Source: Oleiphilaceae bacterium
Lineage (GTDB): Bacteria; Pseudomonadota; Gammaproteobacteria; Pseudomonadales; Oleiphilaceae
Direction of reading: 5' to 3'
Assembly (NCBI GenBank): GCA_033720775.1
Contig: JAWWBW010000001.1
Span: 1 to 51,698 of the forward strand
Length of the DNA: 51,698 bases
The notes under the pieces were generated by a model. The model had not been told where the DNA came from, did not search any database, and worked only from the letters and a program-made list of their open reading frames with translations. The translations under genes and the position numbers were made by a program. Below are positions 19,615-27,005 of the stretch, piece after piece (the stretch's first letter is position 1; each line of letters begins with the position of its first letter).

Positions 19615-20424
19615 TTACGACCTGACTTTATAGTCTGGAGCCTCTTTGATGCCTCGGCTGCGGATTACTGCTGTGCGTTGGTTGTAGCGTCCTATGAGCT
19701 TGCGTTGTAGTTTGGTTTCCCAGTTGAGCGCTTGCCGGATCGTACTTATCCAGCTGCTGTTAAACAGGGTTTTGGTGGCGGCAATGGCATCCGGTGAACG
19801 TTGTTTGATGCTTTCGGCGAAGGTAACGGCTTCTTTGAGCGGGTCCTCATACACGTGTGTTACCAGGCCTAATTGATGCGCTGTGGTTGCATCAATGACT
19901 CTTGCCGTCATTGCCAGCTCTTTAACCACATCAATGCGGCCCAGCTCACGCAACGCGACACTGCCGCCCATGTCTGGAATCAGTCCCCACTTGGCCTCCA
20001 TGATAGAAAATTCGCAATCGGGGCTGCTGTAGCGAAAGTCAGCGCCAAGAGCTATCTGGAATCCTCCACCCCAGCATTTTCCATGGGTAACTGCGATAAC
20101 CGGTATCGGTAATTCCCGCCAGAGAATGCTGACATCTTGCGCCAGATTGCTGGCTTTGCGTCCTGGCTTGATCAAAAGTTTGATGGCGGCGACAGGATTG
20201 CTCAACATGTTTTTCACGTCGAGGCCTGAACAAAAGGCGCGGCCTTCTCCTTGCAGTATGACGGCTCTTACCTTTTTGTTTTTTTGGAGTTTCTTGGCTG
20301 CCGCGGTAATGCCTTGAAACATGGCAAAATCCAGTGCGTTGAGTTTGTCTGGTCGGCTCAGTGTTATATAGGCAATGTCATCTTTAATATTCAGCGTTAC
20401 GCGGTCGTGAAAGCGTTCAGTCAT
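19615..20424 (-). CDS. Enoyl-CoA hydratase/isomerase (crotonase) family protein
   Basis: ITLSRPDKLNALD and GEGRAFCSGLD oxyanion-hole region. 269 aa. The start overlaps the stop of the upstream gene by 8 nt. Confidence 0.85.
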   Translation of the reverse strand: MTERFHDRVTLNIKDDIAYITLSRPDKLNALDFAMFQGITAAAKKLQKNKKVRAVILQGEGRAFCSGLDVKNMLSNPVAAIKLLIKPGRKASNLAQDVSILWRELPIPVIAVTHGKCWGGGFQIALGADFRYSSPDCEFSIMEAKWGLIPDMGGSVALRELGRIDVVKELAMTARVIDATTAHQLGLVTHVYEDPLKEAVTFAESIKQRSPDAIAATKTLFNSSWISTIRQALNWETKLQRKLIGRYNQRTAVIRSRGIKEAPDYKVRS

Positions 20425-21172
20425 GTGATTGTTCCGGTATGAATGATGTAAAGGTGTTCGGTATCAGCCCATCAAAAATCTGTTGTAGTAAGGCGTGTTC
20501 TCGCTGAACAATGGTTTCCATCAAAATAGCCACATCTTGCATGCTATGAAAAGCGCTGAAACCGCGTTTTAAAAAGTTATACAAAGCACTCAAACCAGCC
20601 ATTTCTGCGGGCCCTTCGCTTATTCGCAATGCAAACATAATTGTTTGACTATGCGCATAGCGTTCGAGCTTTAGCCCAGCTTCGTGTACGAGGGAAAGTT
20701 GCCGCTGTCGATCTGCCTGATTGTCACAAGCCTGGTAAGCCGAGCAATATGCTTCGGGCGTGATGTGGCCATCGGTACGTTTCGCCAGCTGCTCGCAAAG
20801 TGCTTGATCCAGTTGTTGTGTCAACAGGTTTAGCTCAACCATTATGCTCACAGTATCGAGCACTTTGGAGGGTAGTAATTTAACTAATTTGGGGAAGATT
20901 CTCTCCAAATCGCGGTCTCGCTCGCTGAAGTCTTGATGCGAATATAAATCATTAAATAAGAATTGCAGACCTGTGTGATAGCGATAGTCGTGGTAAAAGT
21001 CCTGATGTGTGTGTATCAGGCGTTTACTTTGCCATAAGGCAAGTTTGGCTTGCATTTCATGTGATGTCGCACATGGTTTGTGCCGGAAGTCATGAAAGTG
21101 AAGCATGGCTTGTTGCAGTCGCTTTGCAGCAGGGTGCTTGGTTCTCGTGTCGGCAATTCTTTGGCGATACAT
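20417..21172 (-). CDS. Uncharacterised 251-aa helical protein (possibly the family NCBI labels FFLEELY motif protein)
   Basis: Long ORF with an ATG start, translationally coupled to the crotonase gene. The segment LQFLFNDLYSHQDFSERDRDLERI resembles the FFLEELY...DF..RD motif as I recall it. No catalytic motif recognised. Confidence 0.6.
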   Translation of the reverse strand: MYRQRIADTRTKHPAAKRLQQAMLHFHDFRHKPCATSHEMQAKLALWQSKRLIHTHQDFYHDYRYHTGLQFLFNDLYSHQDFSERDRDLERIFPKLVKLLPSKVLDTVSIMVELNLLTQQLDQALCEQLAKRTDGHITPEAYCSAYQACDNQADRQRQLSLVHEAGLKLERYAHSQTIMFALRISEGPAEMAGLSALYNFLKRGFSAFHSMQDVAILMETIVQREHALLQQIFDGLIPNTFTSFIPEQSHD

Positions 21173-21320
21173 GGTTGATACTGGTGCTTCAAACTATTTG
21201 CGATCAGGCATGCAGTGCGAAAATGCATTCCAATGATGACACGCTTAAAGCGCGACGGGAGTTAAAGAGGGGTATTGTAGCGCGCCAGACGCCTCTGTTG
21301 CGAGGCATCTGGCGGAAGGC

Positions 21321-22322
21321 TTAAGCAGAAGCCGCAATGGGGCGGGTTCTAATCTTTTTTTCCGGCTTTGCCTTGATAACGGGAGACACTTCCCCAGTTG
21401 GAATGGTGTCGAGAGGCGGTACCCACTTGGGATCATCTAGTGTTACAAAGTGGCTCATGGCTTCGGTTTCAACCAGTCTTACCGAGTTTGGGCTTTTCAG
21501 CGCACTCTGTAGCATCAGGTTTCTGTCCAGAATGCGATCAACTTTGGGGATCAAGAAGGTGCCGTGACGAATGTGCTGGTACGCCGAATAATCCTCTCGG
21601 TCCATCCAGGCGAACAGGTTTTCGATATTTCGCACAATTGTCAGGTGATCTCTGGTGGCCGTAAACATTTTTTGAAGCAGCTGTTTCTTTCGACGATTCA
21701 TTTTGCCGAAGAACATCTGGCCATAAGACGATGAGGGGGTGCTGTTGATTAAACGAATTACCCACGGCCACATTCCATGACTCACAGGTTCCAGCAGGGC
21801 AGACACTAGAGGGTGGGTTTTTCCGCCTGGTAATGCCGGAGCTTCAAGTATCACTTCTACGTTCTCGTAGAGCTCTGGTCGCTGGGATATGGCTTCGAGA
21901 ATTACCGCACCGCCTCTGGAATGCCCGTGTACGCGCACATTATTAGTGGTGGGCAGGTTTGCCAGCGCCTGATTGAGTATGCAGGCGTCATATTCAATGG
22001 TGCCTTCAAGATACTTGATAGGGACTTCCCAAGAGGCAGGTTCTGGCATAGGGCCTGATACCGGGACGTGGTAGTTGCTGCAGGTGAGCAAGATCAGTTC
22101 GGTCGAAGGTTGCTGATAACTCTGAGTGAAATAGCAGTGGTTTTCGAGAAAGCCGTGGACACCAATGACAGTGTGCTCCGCCTTGCTGCTATGATTGCGA
22201 ACACTCACTGCACCTTTACCAACAGTGAACACCTTGCCCGAAAACATTTCGGTATAGGTCTGTTCGATGGGTTTGATTAGCTTACGTGCGTGAATAGCCT
22301 GCACTACGTCTCTCCCGATCAA
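21321..22322 (-). CDS. Alpha/beta hydrolase fold protein
   Basis: Nucleophile elbow VHGHSRGGAV preceded by IGVHGFLENH. The listed start is a TTG with no SD and abuts a hairpin, so the true start is uncertain (the next ATG is codon 26). Confidence 0.7.
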   Translation of the reverse strand: MIGRDVVQAIHARKLIKPIEQTYTEMFSGKVFTVGKGAVSVRNHSSKAEHTVIGVHGFLENHCYFTQSYQQPSTELILLTCSNYHVPVSGPMPEPASWEVPIKYLEGTIEYDACILNQALANLPTTNNVRVHGHSRGGAVILEAISQRPELYENVEVILEAPALPGGKTHPLVSALLEPVSHGMWPWVIRLINSTPSSSYGQMFFGKMNRRKKQLLQKMFTATRDHLTIVRNIENLFAWMDREDYSAYQHIRHGTFLIPKVDRILDRNLMLQSALKSPNSVRLVETEAMSHFVTLDDPKWVPPLDTIPTGEVSPVIKAKPEKKIRTRPIAASA

Positions 22323-22790
22323 GTAGCGACTCTTTTACTTTGTTGGTCGCTTTTTTTGCCCAGATAAATCGAATACTGCACCTGAACCTTGATTCATCCC
22401 CTTCTCCTGATGACGTAAACCTTCCGTGCAAGCTGTCGCGCCAAGGATGAATGTTAGATTATTTTTCAATGAGTATACGCGGGTACTGACAGAATGGAAT
22501 AAAAAAGCGGACAATTCATGTACAGCCCTCATCCACCATGCCAACAAACGCGCGTAAGTCCATGAATCAATTATGGCAGATGACTGAAACTTCACGTGTT
22601 AAAAAATGTAATCTATGTTACGTTTTGCATCGCAAGTTCACACAGCGGTCTTCAGCCAGCTTCTGAGCGCTAACAGTTTTGCCTCATTCCTGCTATCTTA
22701 TGCGGGCTTGCAAATAACCCTTATCTGCCCCAATTCTTTCGAGTCTCCCCTCATGTTGCTGTCGTAGAGGCTGCGAGGTGGCGATAGGGA

Positions 22791-24344
22791 ATGGCGAACT
22801 TACCCAAGCAGTATTTGGGCGAGCACTACTACTCATTAATAAGAAAAATATGGGAGTCTCGCGTGAGCGAAATTGAAAGCAAAGCACTCAATGGAGTGGA
22901 CATTGCCTGGTTGAGAATGGATTCACCAACGAACCTGATGATCATCAACGCCATGATCATTACAGAATCGCTCGACTTTCTAGAACTGCGCAAAACCATT
23001 ATTACGCGTTTTTTGCGCTTCCCTCGATTCCGTACGCGCCCGTTATTGCGCACAGGGCAGTATTATTGGGAAGAAGACCCGCTCTTTGATATCGATAACC
23101 ATGTCAAACGTGTTGCTTTACCCGGAGCTGCAGACAAGCGGGCTTTGCAGCAGTTTGTTGCGGATCAGGTAAGTGAGCCGCTGGATGCCTCGCGCCCTAT
23201 GTGGCAAATACTGTTTGTTGATAACTATCAGGGGGGTAACGCGATTATTCTGCGTGTGCACCACTGTTATGCAGATGGTTTGGCTCTGATCTCTGTATTT
23301 AACTCCATCACCGACTCCAGCCCCAATATTGCGCCATTTGCTACGGTTTCAGCGCGCGCATCAAATGAGCCAGAGCTTGATACCCCTTCCGGCGAGACCA
23401 ATTACGAATGGCCGCGTTACCAGCGTGTCTGGGATGCGGCTGTTGATCGGGCTGATCGATACAAGGAGTTCGCGAAGCGGATTTCTCAGGATGGCCTGGG
23501 TTTAATTCGGGATCAGGAAGCATGGCGAGGCCTTGTGGGTGATGGCGTGCGAGCTGCAGCCGAATTGGCGCAGCTGGCCACGATGCCTGCGGACCCGCGA
23601 AAGGTGTTAAAGGGCAAGCTAGGCGTGCGAAAAAATTGCGCCTGGTCGGAACCGGTCAGTTTTGACAAATTTCATGGTATTGCCAAAGTGGTGGGGTGCA
23701 AGATTAACGACCTCCTATTGTCGTGTGTCGCTGGTGCGTTTCGGGAAGAACTAATGCATGCGGGCCAGGAAGTTGATGGCAAAAAAATCCATGTGACTTT
23801 GCCGGTCAACATGCGTTCTGAAGAAAAAATGGATATGGGGGGCAACCCTGAAGAGTTGGGGAACTACTTTGGGACTGTCTTTGTGCCCTTGCCTGTAGGT
23901 ATCGAAAATCCACTCGAGCGGGTGTATAAAATCAAGCACGACATGATTGCCCTAAAGCAGTCGCTACAGCCAGCCTTGTCTTACGGCATTTTATACGCCG
24001 CTGGTTTGATGCCTCGCAATATTCAAAAATCGCTGCTTGAGAGTTTCGGTAATAAGACTTCTGCAGTGTTGTCCAATGTACCCGGACCTCGACAGGCCCG
24101 TTACATAGCGGGTTCGCGCATTAAGGAGCAGATGTTCTGGGTGCCGCAGACCGGCGATCTGGGGTTGGGATTGAGTATCATTTCTTATGGTGGTCAGATT
24201 CAGTTTGGCATGGTTGGAGATGCGCGCTTGTTCCCTCATCCCGAAAGAATCGTTAATCGCTTTGTTTCGCAGATTGAGTTGCACCGCACCGATATTGTTG
24301 CGAGCTATATTGAGGATCTGGTTCAGCCTACCATGGCATCTTGA
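22791..24344 (+). CDS. Wax ester synthase / acyl-CoA:diacylglycerol acyltransferase (WS/DGAT) family
   Basis: Catalytic HHxxxDG motif (RVHHCYADGLAL), the conserved N-terminal region AWLRMDSPTNLM, and KINDLLLSCVAGA. An alternative start is the GTG at 22863, preceded by GGGAG with a 6-nt spacer. Confidence 0.85.
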   Translation: MANLPKQYLGEHYYSLIRKIWESRVSEIESKALNGVDIAWLRMDSPTNLMIINAMIITESLDFLELRKTIITRFLRFPRFRTRPLLRTGQYYWEEDPLFDIDNHVKRVALPGAADKRALQQFVADQVSEPLDASRPMWQILFVDNYQGGNAIILRVHHCYADGLALISVFNSITDSSPNIAPFATVSARASNEPELDTPSGETNYEWPRYQRVWDAAVDRADRYKEFAKRISQDGLGLIRDQEAWRGLVGDGVRAAAELAQLATMPADPRKVLKGKLGVRKNCAWSEPVSFDKFHGIAKVVGCKINDLLLSCVAGAFREELMHAGQEVDGKKIHVTLPVNMRSEEKMDMGGNPEELGNYFGTVFVPLPVGIENPLERVYKIKHDMIALKQSLQPALSYGILYAAGLMPRNIQKSLLESFGNKTSAVLSNVPGPRQARYIAGSRIKEQMFWVPQTGDLGLGLSIISYGGQIQFGMVGDARLFPHPERIVNRFVSQIELHRTDIVASYIEDLVQPTMAS

Positions 24345-24436
24345 AAATCCTGTTAGGCGAGAGGACTTCTTGAGGCCCATATGAGTTCGTGATTGAATGC
24401 TCGCTTTTGACTAGTAAAGAAAGTAAAGAAGTCTTC

Positions 24437-24736
24437 ATGGATAACTCAGAACTCACCTTGGCCCAAAGACTAAACCTTGAAACCGCGCGCATTCCATGGG
24501 CCGAGTTGCAAGGGCATTTCGCGTCAGGCTCGGTCATCGCCGTAGGCGAGGAGCTTGATCTTATCGTTGTTGCCGAAACGCTGGCCAAAGACGATGCGGA
24601 TCAGGTAAAAGCCTGGATGGAAAGCGGTCAAGTCGCTCCAGTCTCCGACGATCAGGCGATGCATTGGCACAAACAAGAGGCGCACTTGTGGGCGGTGGTC
24701 ATAAAACCTTGGGTGCTGGTGCAATACCGGCCATAG
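24437..24736 (+). CDS. DUF2288 family protein
   Basis: LNLETARIPWAELQGHFASGSVIAVGEELDLIVVAE...WAVVIKPWVLVQ matches my memory of DUF2288. I prefer the ATG at 24437 over the listed GTG at 24389. Confidence 0.65.
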   Translation: MDNSELTLAQRLNLETARIPWAELQGHFASGSVIAVGEELDLIVVAETLAKDDADQVKAWMESGQVAPVSDDQAMHWHKQEAHLWAVVIKPWVLVQYRP

Positions 24737-24744
24737 AGAAAAGC

Positions 24745-25644
24745 TCAGGTAGCCCAGCGGAAAAATGTTTTCAATAGGTGAATGGGTTCATCAATCAGCG
24801 GGGCGTGACCGCTTGCCTTGAATGGAATTACAGACGCTTGCGGTAAATGGTCCGCCATGCGCAGCTGGCCAGCACACGGGTACATCTCCGATTTCATGCC
24901 GACAAGAATGCTTACTGGTATTTCGATCGATTTGAGTGTGTCCCGCATATCGTAGTCTTGTTCCAGATAAGCCTTCAGGCAGCAAATATAAGATCCCCAG
25001 TGTGTTAGTGGAAATAGTCGCTTGGCGAGGCTCTCATTGGCGAGGAGCCTGCGTAATAGCTTTTTCTGGCCTGGACGAGATAGGGCCGCACTGAAAAACA
25101 ACCCTAATTCATTCCAAAGCATTTGTTTCAAAGAACGGGGTAAATCGTCATAGGCGACGTTGCGCGCCAGGTACGGTTCGAGTTGTTCGATTAGTCGTCT
25201 AGCCGCCTGAATGCGCTGCTCGTGCTTAGCGCCAAAAAGCCCCCAGTTCCAGTCTTTGCTGTTCAATCCTTTTGGGGCCTGGTCTATATGCAGATACCTG
25301 CTAACACGATGAGTGCCGTAAAGTTTGAAATATTGCAGAGCTGTCAGCGCGCCCATGGATATTCCGGCCAGTCGGATATTCTCCAATTCAAGTGCCTCGG
25401 TAAGATCGTGCAGATCTTCTGCGTAGTTGCTCAATACACAGTCCTGATTGTGTTTAACAGAGTGAGAGCGCCCAAAACCTCTTAGGTCAGGGACGATGAC
25501 GCGGTAGCGAGTTGCAAGGGGTAAAGCAAATGGCAGCCAATGTCGGGATTCCATCGCAAAGCCATGAAGCAGAATAAGTGGGGGGCCCTTGCCGATGACG
25601 CGCACATGGATTTGTTGCTTATCTCGCATCACAATCTTGGGCAT
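24745..25644 (-). CDS. Alpha/beta hydrolase
   Basis: LILLHGFAM (oxyanion region), GxSxG elbow LAGISMGAL and C-terminal SGHAPL. 299 aa. Confidence 0.85.
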   Translation of the reverse strand: MPKIVMRDKQQIHVRVIGKGPPLILLHGFAMESRHWLPFALPLATRYRVIVPDLRGFGRSHSVKHNQDCVLSNYAEDLHDLTEALELENIRLAGISMGALTALQYFKLYGTHRVSRYLHIDQAPKGLNSKDWNWGLFGAKHEQRIQAARRLIEQLEPYLARNVAYDDLPRSLKQMLWNELGLFFSAALSRPGQKKLLRRLLANESLAKRLFPLTHWGSYICCLKAYLEQDYDMRDTLKSIEIPVSILVGMKSEMYPCAGQLRMADHLPQASVIPFKASGHAPLIDEPIHLLKTFFRWAT

Positions 25645-25796
25645 GGTTCATCTCTCTCGCGTTGTTTTGCTCTCTCAGAGTTACATATGTTCACATTGGT
25701 TTACAAGAAAACGACGAATTATTGGCTCATTGGTCAGGAAAAAGCCGGGTGATAGGCTTTAATTTCGGCGCAAACCGAATTGCCAGAGTCAGTAAT

Positions 25797-26921
25797 ATGA
25801 AAAAACAACTAGCTCCGTGGTGTTTTGCTGTGTTGCTTTCTTGCCAGATTAGCGCATTGCAGGCAGTTTCCAACCTTGATGATCGCTTGTCTACGCCATC
25901 GCGCAAGGCTGCCAATCCCAGCAGTGAGTTGTTGATAGACGTTCAGCGAAACGGACAACGCCTGGTTGCAGTGGGGGCCCGAGGCATCATTATTCTCTCT
26001 GATGATGGAGGGGCCAGTTGGCGACAGGCTGCGGTGCCCGTTTCGGTCACATTGGTTGCGCTGCATTTTCCCGATGATAAGTACGGCTGGGCCGTAGGCC
26101 ATGGTGGCGTTGTGTTAGGCACTAAAGATGGTGGGGAAAGCTGGGCCGTGCAATTTGATGGGACGCGCGCCAATGCTTTGGTCGTGGCTCAAGCGAAAGA
26201 CCGCCTTGCAGCACTACAATCTGCCTTTGATAGCGCAGATGCTGGAGATATTGATTCATTGAGGTACCAACTGGAAGAAGCTCGCTTTGCATTGGAGGAT
26301 GCGCAGATTGATGCAGGTCTCGGGCCGAGCAAACCCCTGCTCGATGTGTGGTTTAAAAATCGCCAACAAGGTTTTGTGGTGGGTGCCTATGGTTATTTTT
26401 TTGCTACGAATGATGGCGGGGAAACCTGGAAAAACTATGGTGCCAGATTGGATAACTTTGATCGTTTTCACCTCAACGCGATTGATTCTATTTCGGGTGG
26501 CATATTAATGATCGTTGGCGAAGGTGGTCAGATCTTTGTTTCACATAATAGTGGTGAAGACTGGGAGTCAATAGTTAGCCCCTACTACGGTTCCTTTTTT
26601 GGTCTGCAAGGCACGGGGCGCACAGGCGAGGTGCTTGTTTTCGGGCTTCGAGGTCACGTATTTCGCAGCATGAATGCCGGTCAATCCTGGGAAGAGTTAA
26701 CTATGCCGAGCGAGTTGACTTTAAACGGTGCGACCAATCTGGGTCAGGGGAAGCTAGCTTTAGTGGGCCAGTCCGGTTCTGTTCTGCTTAGCAGGGACTA
26801 TGGACAAAGCTTTACGCGCTGGCAGACCTCACATCTCGACGGATTTTCAGGTGTGGTAGGTTTGGATGGCCAGCGATTGTTATTGGTGGGTGAGCAAGGT
26901 ATACGCGTTGCTAAAAACTAA
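25797..26921 (+). CDS. YCF48/Hcf136-like beta-propeller protein with BNR/Asp-box repeats, secreted
   Basis: The ATG at 25797 gives a signal peptide (MKKQLAPWCFAVLLSCQISALQA). Repeated Asp-box-like motifs: SDDGGASW, TKDGGESW, TNDGGETW, SHNSGEDW, SMNAGQSW. Confidence 0.8.
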   Translation: MKKQLAPWCFAVLLSCQISALQAVSNLDDRLSTPSRKAANPSSELLIDVQRNGQRLVAVGARGIIILSDDGGASWRQAAVPVSVTLVALHFPDDKYGWAVGHGGVVLGTKDGGESWAVQFDGTRANALVVAQAKDRLAALQSAFDSADAGDIDSLRYQLEEARFALEDAQIDAGLGPSKPLLDVWFKNRQQGFVVGAYGYFFATNDGGETWKNYGARLDNFDRFHLNAIDSISGGILMIVGEGGQIFVSHNSGEDWESIVSPYYGSFFGLQGTGRTGEVLVFGLRGHVFRSMNAGQSWEELTMPSELTLNGATNLGQGKLALVGQSGSVLLSRDYGQSFTRWQTSHLDGFSGVVGLDGQRLLLVGEQGIRVAKN

Positions 26922-27005
26922 TCATCGCATGCCGATATAAATTCATGCGTAGGAACTATACTTAAGCACACGCGAGCCCATGCTCGAATCCATAGATGGA
27001 ATGTC

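Noticed and set aside
22335-22595. 86-aa minus-strand ORF in the long hydrolase / WS-DGAT spacer
   Set aside because: It has a GTG start without an SD, AT-rich rare-looking codons and no recognisable domain. I treat it as non-coding but flag the spacer itself as a finding.
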